DNA of 64,000 nucleotides from Sarea resinae. Taxonomy: Eukaryota. The notes beneath the pieces are model-generated. The model was given only the letters and a program-made list of their open reading frames with translations, had not been told where the DNA came from and did no database searches. The translations under genes and the position numbers were made by a program. Numbering within the stretch: the stretch's first letter is position 1; each line of letters starts with the position of its first letter. The DNA lies in NCBI GenBank assembly GCA_026026165.1, contig JAPEUD010000005.1:186001-250000 (forward strand), written 5' to 3'. Below, piece by piece: positions 1 through 11,783 of this stretch.

Positions 1-499
1 CTCCTGCCGAGGGCGTGCTGGACAAGGTTGGCCCGTCCGGAAAGCCGAAATCATTCAGTCTTGAATTTATACTACTTGGACGAAAATCGGTGGAGTAATA
101 GACGTCTAGCCCAGTGTTGTTCTTCATGAATACGTCGGAACCAGCGGCTTGTACCGAGCCCTGATGCGCAAGGTTTGATGTGCCGTTATTGAAGCACGAT
201 GGAGGACTCGGCTCGGGCATCCATCGATCATATTCGTCTAGTGGCACACTTTGGAAATAGGCGATTTCTGGTGGATAGGGTCCGATAGACTGGAGGAAGC
301 CTTTCGAAGGCAATTCCTCGGCCTTCGAAAGTATCATGCTGAGGTCAATCTCGAAGGCTGCACTTGGCATGTGTTGCCCGTCGGTATAAGATGCTTGTGT
401 ACTTGGAAAATCCGATCGGCTTAATGACTGCTGAATCTGTTCGCATGTTGCTGTATTGCTGTAATAGGGATCCCAACCCGGGATGTGAGTTGAATTCAT
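1..499 (-). CDS. Hypothetical protein, 5' part only (runs off the left edge)
   Basis: ATG at 499 opens 166 stop-free codons to position 1 (MNSTHIPGWDPYYSNTATCEQIQQSLSRSDF...TLSSTPSAG). It is missing from the ORF track because its stop lies outside the window. S/P-rich, with no recognisable domain in this part. Confidence 0.6.
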   Translation of the reverse strand, partial: MNSTHIPGWDPYYSNTATCEQIQQSLSRSDFPSTQASYTDGQHMPSAAFEIDLSMILSKAEELPSKGFLQSIGPYPPEIAYFQSVPLDEYDRWMPEPSPPSCFNNGTSNLAHQGSVQAAGSDVFMKNNTGLDVYYSTDFRPSSINSRLNDFGFPDGPTLSSTPSAG

Positions 500-3400
500 G
501 CTACTGCCTTTTGATAGGTCCTCCTTGGATTCAATAAAAGATTCCTCTCAAATCAGCATCGGGTCTCTTATCACTACTCAGATCATCAAGCTTACTTCAA
601 TTGGCTGACATGGAACTCTCAAGTCTTCTTGGAAGACATCTTCCGGAATCGTGGTTCTCGCTCGCTGCATTGGTGATGGAATAGCGACGGTTCTGAAAAG
701 TTCCTGTCTAGTGTTATCGGTCAAAAGCTTTGCGCGGATGATTGTTCAATTCGGTCTTGGATTTTTAATACTGTCAACTTATAGATACTACCAGAAACGC
801 CAATTTACCTCCAAGCCAAATCGTCGATCTATGCTTAACTTCGACTCGGGCTATACAACCTGAAATGCCGAAGGACAGCTGCAGGGACTTGCGCCGCTTC
901 AGAGGTTTTGCATGCAGCAGTGCTGTCTACCTTGCTCCTAGATAGCGGTGAAGACTCTGGTCGTTGCTGATACCAGAGCAAGTCTAAAGATTGAGAGCAG
1001 CTAAGAACAGAGGACGTCGAAGTCAAGTTCACAGGTTCGGTGACGATAACAAACGCCAAATGCATGGATTTTCAGAAGGCATCCGACTCGCTGGCGAAGG
1101 CTGTCTCTTCCCGCCACCGCAACGGGTGACGGAGAGAAGTATGCCAAATTGAAAGTCCTTGAGCAAGCGTCTTCATAACAGGGTCCACTCGTCTGAGCAT
1201 GCGGGCTAAAAATTCTGGAACAACTTGCAATGCTACGCTCAAATCATAGCGCTACTCAGGTGTCTTCTTCTCTTCGCATTTAAGGATATCAGACAGGAGA
1301 CCAATCCCAAGAGGATAACACGGAATCAATCTGCTGTTGGAAGAGGCTTTGGATACCACATCAGCCAGCAAGACAACATCCAAACGTACGCCGAGAATGT
1401 TGATAGAGGCAATTCAGAGCAGTACCAGACCAATCTTGTCTACGGTACTCTGATAAAGCATTCCACAGACCGAAGGAGAATGTGCTGGTAGCATGATCTG
1501 GTACGGCAGATAAGGAGCCACATCCCCAGGCAATGCGTTGACCCATTGCATTCGGGGACGATCCGATTACTTCCCAATCCACATTAGAACTGCAGGTCCA
1601 TTAGAACATGGTCGACGCCGTTGAGACTCAATCGAAATGATTGATATCATGCCGAGAGCCCGTATTTGGTACGGAAGCGAGCGGAAAAGGCTTCGGCGTC
1701 GAGGGAGCCATGACAGGTGCATCCCTAGTGCCTGTCTGTTGCCGGGTGGCTATTGCACAACCCATTATGAGATGCAACGGAGTAGATTCTCCACATCTAT
1801 AGCGCCTTTGGTCCCGGTGTCTAATGGAGCCTGACGCAGTAGTGCGAGCGCAGCCCGGGCTGATGCATTAGCGATGCAGATCATGCTATGTTTGCCTGCT
1901 CTTTCAGCGACCCCATCTTTGTGGCTGATCGACTTGACACTTTGGTTCCCTCCTCCGTGCATGACAGCAGCCGACTCAAGTCGCGCCCGGGCCGATCTTA
2001 GCTTCCAGCTATGTTGCAGTCGACTGATGTGGTTTGACGTTGGTAATATGACGTTGCCATCTGCCTGCCATGATAGTTGCAAACGGAGCGGTCCAAAAAA
2101 ATTGTCGCTGGCTACAAGCACTGTCGCTTTGTTGAGCACTTCACATATTTTCATCAGCCTGAGTCGTGATGTCTGTTGTCAACGATCAAATGAAGACGTT
2201 TTGGGACGTGTTAGCGTTCAACACTTCAGCGTGCCACAGGCCGATGGGAATGAGGCTCTTTATTGATTCAAGATTAATGTTGATGTCGTCCTCACCCATT
2301 TGACCTTTAAGATTCGAGCATTCATCGAGCTATATGGGTGAGATGTCAGTAATCTCCATCACGATACCTTATCTACTGGTCTAGGCTGTTGGGAGAGACT
2401 CGACTTGTAGGTGGCATCCATGGATCGATTGGATCTTGTTCTAGTTCGCCAGTGGCCAATGCTCAGGCGGATGCAAATTTGTCTTGTGTTGGCATTCTAT
2501 GGCCAAGTTCCCAGTCAAATAGGAAGACTTGCAGATTGCATTTGCATGTCTGGCAACAAGATACCTGATCCCAGAAAAGTGCACCTGGGATCGAGAGTCC
2601 CATCCTGGATGCTTCCATGGACAGCTTTTTGTGGTTAGGCCTAGAGACTGGTCACATTTGTATCTCCAGAGCCTTTCCCAAAGGGAGGGCAGTGAGAAAT
2701 GAATATACGTTGGAGGATGCTGAGATTTGAGGAATGAATAATTAACACTCGAGGTCTGTTTAGACCCCTGCAATGACAGGTAGACCGACTTCCGGCTCCA
2801 TGCTTGGACCCGCTTTCTGTTGCAGAGCCAAATCTACCTTCGATGAGGGTAGAGGATCTCGAAGGACATGACTTGACAGGTCATATCAATGCCAGGACGG
2901 GAAGAGGGGCCAGACTCATCTTCCATGCGAAGGATAGCAAATATTCTGAACCACTTTGCTCGGCGATACCATCGTGCGGCTCAGGACGCCCTTTATCGAC
3001 TCTGAGTTTCCCTCTATTCTATCGTTTTTGGATCGATCTAGACCTTCTATATACTCTGTAACGTCAGGAGAAGACTTCGAGTGTCGCCTACTACTGGTGA
3101 ACCAGGGAAGGGAGCCGACATGACTTGGAGCCTGTTACCGAGATCGGCAACGTCGGGAGCAAGGGTAGCGTCTGCATCGTTGGCAACTTTATCCGCATTT
3201 CGGATGGACGCTGTCAGAATGGCGGTGCCTTGCCGCCGGATAACCGTTTACGGTGTTATCAAAATAGAGAGAACAAAGAAAAATGCGACCATATTTCATG
3301 AGCAGTATGTTTGGCCGTTGAGTCCTCGCTCTGCTGCAGATCTGTGGGGTTTGAGAGAACTAGGACAAGGACAGGGGTCTGAAGCAGCGACAACTGCTTC

Positions 3401-4608
3401 TGGCAAGCTGCCAACCGCCATCCGCGATGACGGTCTCTTCGCTGGCTAGCAATTGTGATCTTGGATGCTATGGTCAATCTACCTCTTTTGGCTTAATCGG
3501 TACTAGCATGTTGTCTGCTCTCCGTTTCTTTACTCGCTCTCTCAATCGCTAACGGTGTTGAAAGAGCCATGTTTTTCAGATGATGCTGACATATTTAGAC
3601 CTTCTTTGAGATGATTTCGTGAAGGGTCCATTTGATATAGAAACACGACCTGTTTTTTTTTTGGTTTCTGTTGTCAGCATACAGCAAATGTTTCCCTTTG
3701 CCGCTTCCAAATCTGTTAGGTGGTGGTCTCTCTCCCCCCCGCTGCACACCTCAACGCTTCCAAGGAAAGGGTTCATCTTCGCGCTTTCCAAATCAACGCT
3801 TTCCTCCCTGAGCTGGAAAACCTTCAGCTGAATGACTGATAAAGAAATGATAAGTGCACGAAGTCCCTTAGACGACTCATCACTGTGGTCTAACGATATC
3901 ATCACCACCTTCCACCCTTTGCAAGTTCAACGGGCCTTCCCTTTGAGGTTGTGGACTAACAAACACGGCCACTGGATTACCGTCTCTGCTCATGTGTCTG
4001 CTCAACATGCTCATCTAACCCATCCATAAAAGGCCCTCGTTTGCATATTTGCTTTTCCAACCTATCCATCACGTCGCACTATAATTTCGATCTTCAATCA
4101 TCGCCATCGGGTCGCAATTAGCGAGCCTATAGTGATGGATAATCAGGCTTGATATTCATCGCCTTCTTACATTGCAGCCCCAGGAAGCCTGATCTTCCAT
4201 GCATGCACACGCGTTTGTTGTGACGATCTTCGAAATAGCCAAGCGCCAATTTTCATTTCTGAAGGTTGGTCCCGCTATCGTGCTATACCGACCTGGAGTA
4301 CACAAGAGAGTGCGCTGTTGTGATCACGTCATGAGGACAAGGAGAGGATAAGACGACCTAATACTCTGAAAGAGGGCAAAACTTTCCTGCCCGACCAATA
4401 TAACGAGAAGCGGTTCCAGTACCATCCAGACAAAGTTATTGGCATCGCACGCAATAGCAGCCTGATACCACACATCAGCCCAGGCTGTGGCACACTTCTT
4501 TCTGCAGAAGACCCCTTCCTGATCGTCAATCTTCTTCTATACCTAGAGAATCACCTACGCAGGACAAAGGAGTCAACCAAATCCCTCAGTGAAGGAGGAC
4601 GGATCAAA

Positions 4609-5835
4609 ATGCGCTTCCACATCCCTCTTGTCAACCTCACGCTCCTCCTAACACTGACGACGCACCCTCAACGCTCGACCCCCAGGTCAACCGTCACGAA
4701 AGCCCTGACGCTCCAATGCTACAACATCACGCTGCCTCAAGCTCCCCCGGCTGGCGATGAGAAACACAAGCATCGACCCTCGACGAAAACGACGCCAGAC
4801 AATCTGTGCACGCGTCGGTGTACCGAATGCTACTTCAATGCTGCCGGCCCGTTGGCGTTGACGGAGCTTCCTATCTCTGGATTGAGTGTTAGATGTGGTA
4901 TGCTACCTGGGTGTGATGGTCGTGGTAGTAGCAGCGAGCTCTCTCGGTACTGGGAAAGAGCTGGACTCAAGGGGCCTGACTGGCTGGACGAGTGCATCTG
5001 CACGCTGGGGCAGAACACGATTACACGCTCTAAGCTCGAGTGCGGCAAGGGCTGTGAAAGCGACGCCGATTGTGGAGATAAGGTTTTGCAGAGCAGGGGC
5101 TGCACCAAATGCAAGCGCGTCGGCAGCTCCGTTGCGAGCGAGGGCAAGCTTGGCGCAAAGCGTAAAAGAGATGATGCCGGCAAGGACATGCGCGTGGCAC
5201 ACAAATTCATACATCTGGTTGCGGATCTGGACGGCAAAGGAGACGGCCATGCGACTAGGGATGCGAGTTCAACATCGCGCTACTATATACACGTACACCC
5301 CTTTTCTCAGCCGCTTTCCACTGACAGCACCGATGGGAATGACAAACACACCTCCTGGGAGATGAACCACAAGGATTACCCCGACGTCGTCCAGTACGAG
5401 AACCGCGATACTTTTAGTTTTAGTTTGACTTTTCCTTTTAGTCCCGGCGAATACACGGCTTCTGCACATGGCGAGACGAGGGTCGACCATGAGGTCGAGC
5501 AAGAGGCGAGGGCTAAGGCCAAGGCCAAGGCCAGGGCGGAAGGAAATCTCTTTTCTGCCCTGCATACCACGTCTCCTCCTCAGCCTCCACGGTTGCCGCT
5601 GTACGAGACCGCGAGCACGACCACTACCGCCGGCTCTACTACAACCCCCATCAATGTGCCCACCACGGCTGATCCACCTCGAGCGTTAGCCCTCCACGGG
5701 GAGAGGAGCGACAACGTGCACGAGCACCTCCATCTCAAGCGCAAGGACGAGCACGAGGACGGGAATCGGGCCAAGGGACCGAAGGCATATACGGGTCCGG
5801 AACCGTGGGGTCGGTGTTTTTGGCCCGAAGACTGA
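4609..5835 (+). CDS. Putative secreted cysteine-rich protein (408 aa, 14 Cys, dibasic sites)
   Basis: Single ORF, ATG in aaaATG context, hydrophobic N-terminus (IPLVNLTLLLTLT). 13 Cys lie in the first ~170 aa and one lies near the C-terminus. KR/KRKR sites and a T/P/A-rich linker are present. Confidence 0.7.
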   Translation: MRFHIPLVNLTLLLTLTTHPQRSTPRSTVTKALTLQCYNITLPQAPPAGDEKHKHRPSTKTTPDNLCTRRCTECYFNAAGPLALTELPISGLSVRCGMLPGCDGRGSSSELSRYWERAGLKGPDWLDECICTLGQNTITRSKLECGKGCESDADCGDKVLQSRGCTKCKRVGSSVASEGKLGAKRKRDDAGKDMRVAHKFIHLVADLDGKGDGHATRDASSTSRYYIHVHPFSQPLSTDSTDGNDKHTSWEMNHKDYPDVVQYENRDTFSFSLTFPFSPGEYTASAHGETRVDHEVEQEARAKAKAKARAEGNLFSALHTTSPPQPPRLPLYETASTTTTAGSTTTPINVPTTADPPRALALHGERSDNVHEHLHLKRKDEHEDGNRAKGPKAYTGPEPWGRCFWPED

Positions 5836-6567
5836 CTGACTGACTGATTGACTGACCGGACGCATGCTAATATGCATGACTGGATGACTGATTGGATACA
5901 ATACCGCTGAAGAGATCCTGGTTCGGTATTGACTCTCTCGTCATCTATCCTTGCGTCAGTGTTAGTGTTGGGGTGGGTTTGTTCACATCGATTTCCTGGT
6001 TTCTTGGTTTCTCGGAATCGGGAAACAGAGGCTTTGGGGTTTTCGTCGAGGAGAACATCCACGCAAGAGAGGAAGGCAGGCAGGCAGGCAGGCGCGGAGA
6101 CGGTGGTCGAAGAGTAGAATATAGCTGGTGCGGCGTGGGGCGGAGTTGGCGTGCGTGCGATGCATTTCTTTTCTGTCGTTCGTTTGTTCGGCTCCTGTAC
6201 ATGGACGGCTGGGTATTTTTTGGCTGCGTTTTTGAACACCGGGTTTCGGGCCCTGTGCTTTGCTAGACGCCGGCCCGGGAAGTGATGGGGGAAGTGGGAA
6301 ACGGGTATCAGACAGACAGATTTCCAAGGCCACACAAGAGGGGGAGTTGGTGGTGTAGTGTATGGGTAGCATGGGCCGATTAGTCAATAGAATAGCATTG
6401 CTTCTTTGCTATTTTCCAGTGCAGATATGGGTACGGGATGGATTGTAGGTGGTAGCGGAGGTGTGTGATGGGATATCGTTGGATTTGTCGATCTTATGGA
6501 ACTCGGGGGTTTCTCTAGGAGTACTCTGTTTACGTCGTTTTCTCTACATACACACATACGGAATAAC

Positions 6568-6602
<35 letters not shown>

Positions 6603-7580
6603 ACCGCTTGCCCGATAACTCTCCACTCCCTCATCAGCCCGCCAGCCCTAGCTCTCTTCTCTGGTCAATCACTTAATTGAAGTGAAGAACGATACCTTGG
6701 TTTCCGTCGGAGATTGTCAGAGACGGTTGGACGAAACACAGAAGATCATAAAGCCCCTTGTATATATAACTATATATATATATATAGATATAGATATAAG
6801 TAGTAGTGTAAAATACTACCCCCCCTCCCCTCTCTCTCCCTCTCTCTCTCGACCGACCGGAGATTTTATACCGGCGGTTTTTTTTCCGACCCGGGAGGGT
6901 TCTTCTGGAGGTTGGCTGGTTGGCTGACCTGACTGGCTGACCTGGCTGGCTGTCTGCCTGTCTGCCTGCCTGCCTGTCTGTCTGATCGGGTCTGATCGGG
7001 TCTGATCGAGTCTGAGAGAGAGATGGGAGAGATGATGGGTAGAGATAGAGAGAGATAGAGAGATATGTCCGCACGGACGCACGCGGAAGCATTTCGGAAA
7101 TGGGCAGAGGAAAGTTCTGCAGTGAAGGGCAGTGCAGGGCAGTACAGTGCCAGTCCGTGTCTCATTCATGCTTGCGTGGGTGTATGGTTATTGTTGTTGT
7201 TGGGGCGGGGGGAGGGGGGTGATGATAAGAGTAGGGGGTTGGATTGATAAGGGAAGAGGTGAGGATGGAGTAGGGATGGAGAGGAAAAGTGTGAGATGTT
7301 TGATGGTGATGGCGATGATGATGGTAGTCGAGTTGTTTTCCTTCAGTTCTTCATTTCTGGATTGATTGATTGGATGGTGAATACCTAGGCAGGCAGATAG
7401 GGAGGTACTTGAGATGGGGGGTTTCCCTTTTTTGGATTTGGCTTGATGAGATGAGATGAGATGAGGTGCGGGGACAGACAAGGTGATAGAGTGGTTTTCT
7501 GATAGATCTAGACGGTGGAAGTTCTCTCTCGCTATCTCTCACTCACTCACACACACACACACTCTCTCTCTCTCTCTTTC
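5830..7580. repeat. Dense cluster of microsatellites and short tandem repeats
   Basis: (GACT)n ~5830-5855; (GGCA)n ~6076-6092; (GA)13 6573-6598; (TA)8 6771-6786; GGCT/TGCC/GTCT runs ~6912-6983; TCTGATCGRG x3 6981-7010; (GATGA)4 7445-7464; (CA)n and (CT)n ~7547-7577. Confidence 0.9.
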
Positions 7581-7886
7581 TCTTGCTACGACAGATGAAC
7601 TGTTTGCTCTGGTGATTGTGAGTCATTGATTGGAGGGATTTCCCCTTCTCCTTCGACCTATACATGATGGGTGGCCCACGTTGATATGGGTCTGATCCAC
7701 TGATGCCATTTCTCCCTTCTAGGACGACCTCAAATCTGACGCACGCCCTTCCTTCTGCCTGTCGTTGGACAAGGCATCCAAACCGCCTAGAGAGAGACAG
7801 TTGACAGCATATAGCTGGATTGAGAGCATCTAGCTACAGAGGGAAGTGGCAAGCGCGTATCGAGCCACGAACGTCGAATTTGAAAG

Positions 7887-10509
7887 CTACATGTCGAGAC
7901 TCGCCACGACCTTGACCTCCCCATCCATCCAGCTGACTCGCCGTGCGTCTAGCAGCGCGACGAGCCACTCGCCTGTGTTGTGGACCTCGTAAAGTCCGGT
8001 GCTGGGAAGGAGGACATGAATCGTGAACTGGGGAGGGGTGTAAGGTGAGCTGTAAGCCGAAGACGCCGAGGGATCATGTCCACTTGGAGACGTTATCGTC
8101 GTGGCTGCAGCAATAGGAGGTGTATCGGCAGTAACATCAGCATCACTTCTGTCGATACGATTGGCTGTATCAGCGCTGGAACCGCCAGCTTGTCTCAGAC
8201 TTTCAGGCAAACACGAAAGAACAGTCTGCCGCAAGGAAGGAAAATCCAAGCACTCGGCCGCACAGTTTTCCACCCGTGGCATTATGCGCACTCCCTGCTT
8301 ATCCACCGCATTCACATGCAAGACCATATCACGAAAGACAAGAGGTAAAGGCTGTGAAGGGATTTTATGGCGATCATAGGAATTGCTGGGCGGAAAGACC
8401 GTGCGTAGGACGCGAGATAGGGTTTCTGGGACAGTCTCAAGGTGTGGTGCATGCGGAATGAGTTGGTAGAAATAGCGGGAATGAGAAACTGCCGATGGGG
8501 CGGATCTATGGTTGGCGCCGGCGTTGGGATTTGAATCTGCTCTACAGTCGATGTCAGGGGGATAAGAGGGCGTATAAGGATTCGAGACCTCTGGCTTGCC
8601 GCGATTCCAGCGGGGATTATCGCGAGGTTTATTGACTTTAAGGTCGGAGTTGACGAGGTCGAGCTTGATGGCGTGGAAGAGGTCCCAGAGGACATGGCGA
8701 GCGCTGTGTTGGTCCGTCAGCTTATGTAAAGAAATCATAGCGAAGAACTTAAACCCACAAGGCCAGTTTCTCATCCTTAGGAATTACGCCCCCGGTCCGC
8801 CAATGGCTTTTGTCAATGAATCCCCTGTCCAGAAAGCTAGTCGGCATAGGGTCCTCATCCAGAAGCCATTCCTGGAAGCAGTCGTAGTCGCACCCCGAGC
8901 CCCTATCGATCGTATCTTCACAATGGTCGACACAAAGATGGTCTCCGACGGTATTGAGGAGCTGTTCCCAATCTGGCGGTGACAGGCCAGATATGACACC
9001 GAGGTTGGCAATGCGCCTTGCATTTACAGGATCCTCGACTTTCCTTGCCCCGTCTTTGCATTGACTTGCGAAAAGAGCTTCAGCGCCACCAGGGGGAAAG
9101 GTAGCCAGATCGCCATTGTGTTTGATTTGAGGCCTTGTACCGTTCTGAGGAGCTGCATCATTTGGAGTGTCTGCACGCATCTGAGAGGTCCCACTACTCA
9201 AAGACCGAACTTGGTGAGAATCTTGATCGTCCCGAGAACCTGCAACGTCCTGCGGTCTACTCTCTGATCGAGCGGAAGGAGTCCGCTCATCCGTCTCCAC
9301 CTCCTCGGTTCTCCGCCTCTTTACGCTACCTCCCCTTCTACTCTCAATGGCGTACTGTCTCTGCCGTTCATTCGTCACCATCCTTCTCAGCAGTGGCGTA
9401 ATCAATCCGATTATATCATGCCTATGATCTGGCCAGACCAGCCTTCTTGGTGCCGCACCTTCATGATCTGCATCTTTCCCAAAGAATTTCTCACCGATAC
9501 CCTCCAATTCCAAAAAAGCCTTGACGCAGTTGTACAACCGCAGCTTGACCATGTCGGTGTCCCCCTTGCCACGGTTACCCACGCAGTTTTGCCGCTCCGG
9601 ATGAGAGCTATCAAGCATATAGATCTTAGCGGCTGCCTGCAAGTGAAGGAAATTCTCCGGAGACAGCTCAAGCGAAGTGAAGAGTTTTGACATTGGTGGC
9701 CGGGTATATTTCACGCTCGATGCCGACGGACGTCGGAAGAGCGCCGCCGCAGAATGGACGCCGACAGCTCGAGCATCAGACATGGCTACTTGAGAGGGCA
9801 ACTCTCGAATTTCGATAGTTGAGTGGTCTTCCTCTTCCAGCTGCGTGTTTCTGTCAACACTTCCTCTGTCGACGTTTTCTCCAAATCGATTGCCTTCCAC
9901 AGCCGCAGGATATGGATTAGGTCGTCTTCTCTTCCGGGTAGTCGTCATGAATGGCGGAGCATCTGCAAGATGGATATTTGCTCCTGGCTCCTCCTGGCTG
10001 CTTGCCTGGATATTGCGTTCATCGCTAATCCGTTTTCTCTTTGTTCCAGCACGCTGCAATTGACTCATGTGTTCTCCTGCTTCGACCCGTCGGTTGGACC
10101 TCCGAATTGGACTTGCATTCTGAACATTACTAGTTTCGTTGGGCAGATGCTCAGCGGCCTCTTGGCCTGCGGCAGTAGTGACAGCTTGCAGCAAACCAGC
10201 GAAATGGTCGTTGCCAGGCGGCTGATGTCCTATACCATTCAATCCGCCTAGACCGCCTCCCGCAGCATTTCCATTCGCATTGTCAAAGGCCTCAAGTTCG
10301 TCAAGAACCAACTGGTCATCCTCATCGATCTGGTCGTCTGGGCGACGAAGTCGTTCGGCGTTGCCAAACGTGGATGACCCCGCGGTCATGGCTCGAGCCA
10401 TGTCGCCATAGATTCCTGCATCTTCGTAATGTTGTTCCGCGCTCGAATTTGTCGCGTGTTGGTCAGGACCGGATAGAGGAGGATAGTAAGGTGTCAGCGT
10501 CGAAGCCAT
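7887..10509 (-). CDS. Conserved fungal protein of unknown function, probably nuclear (2 exons)
   Basis: Track ORFs 8749-10509 and 7887-8774 are joined in frame (KLAF|ARHV) by intron 8704-8758 (GTGGGT...GCTGAC...CAG). Globular block YTRPPMSKLFTSLELSPENFLHLQAAAK...LLRRMVTNERQRQYA; NLS-like KRKR, RKRRR and KRRR; C-terminal W..WMDGEVKVV motif. Confidence 0.8.
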
Positions 10510-11220
10510 AGCTGTCGGAAATCGCTCGGCAAGTTGGAGGTGATCGTCAAGAGAGTGATCCTCGTTCGCTTCTGGCCAGCGATAGAACTCTTCGGGGTTT
10601 TGGGGATCAGGATCCGGATTGCTGACTCGGTGGTCAATAAAACGAGAGCCAATAAACTGTCAAGGCGCAAACACACCTGGCAGCCCAGGCTAATGCATCA
10701 GCCAGCGCGGACACCTGGGGCAGGCGATTCTTCGAGCTGACTGCAGCCTTTTCAGCTTCGATCCAGTGCTGATGACGCCAGAGCAGAGTCAGTAAGGGCC
10801 CTCTATGATCGGAGCTGCAGTCAGACAGGATGCCTTGCTGATTGTTCACTTACTCTAATTTTCTCCCCGCTCCATGTACCGAGATGCTCAAGTTCAGCGG
10901 CAGCTTGATGGATCAGTCGGGCAGCTTGGCTGGTGAGCATGCCATGGCGGAAATGAGACAAGAGAATACGATCTGCTTCCTCATCCAGGCACTCGATTGA
11001 GTCCATGAGCTGCGATGGCGCCGCAGACTCAACTTATCCGTGATGATGGCGGAGTGGTATTTGTTTGTTCCAGGGCAAGTTGAAGGGTGTTTGACACGTT
11101 TGCTTGATGATCCCGGGCGAGACGTGAATCCATGGATGCAGATGATGTATCGTTGCGTGTCTAACCCGATCGAGTAACACACACCTGCCTACTACTCCGG
11201 AGTACTCGAGAACGCGCAAT

Positions 11221-11260
11221 CACGTACAAACACGTACAAACACGTACAAACACGTACAAA
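11221..11260. repeat. Perfect tandem repeat (CACGTACAAA)x4
   Basis: Four identical 10-mers read directly from the sequence. Confidence 0.95.
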
Positions 11261-11783
11261 CTTGAACAGCCAAACATCGCGCATTCCAAGCATTTGCCTG
11301 AGAGGGATCACGGTATAGGCAGTCTCACGGCCTCGTAGAGAGGTCTTGATTATGGCAACGATGTCACCCATGTCTTTCATATCTTTCATAGAGCAATACA
11401 GTCCTTTCGCTCGAATTCCCTCTATGTATGTGCATTATTGGCTGCCATGTGTTTGTCACCACCAAGGTAGCCAAAGCAATTATCCGCGCCAAAGCCCCGT
11501 CTAGGTCTCGCAGCGCCCGAAACATGCTTTTTGGACGGACGTCGTCTGCTTTTGCCGAAAAGCAGCCCGCCCCATTCCCCACGCTATGCCGATGCCCGCT
11601 AAACGCCATAAGTATGTACAAACATATGCTGGGAGAAAAAAGAGAGCGCAGCGAAGACGCAATCTCCGGTGCCACGAGCGAAGAGAATCCGACGTCGATT
11701 GAAGCCATCCAGCGCAATCCGAGGAGACGTCAGGAGAGAGCCGCGTCCATTAGTCGGTTACCGGAGGCGAAGACGTGCGCCAT

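Noticed and set aside
5580..7481. Several 60-251 aa ORFs on both strands
   Set aside because: They translate microsatellites (ERERER, SLSLSL, YIYIYI) or lie antisense to the 4609 gene.
8749..8774. Programmed frameshift between overlapping ORFs
   Set aside because: The canonical 55-nt intron 8704-8758 explains the frame change.
11221..11260. Direct repeats as a CRISPR array
   Set aside because: 10-bp units with no spacers, no cas genes, and a eukaryotic context.
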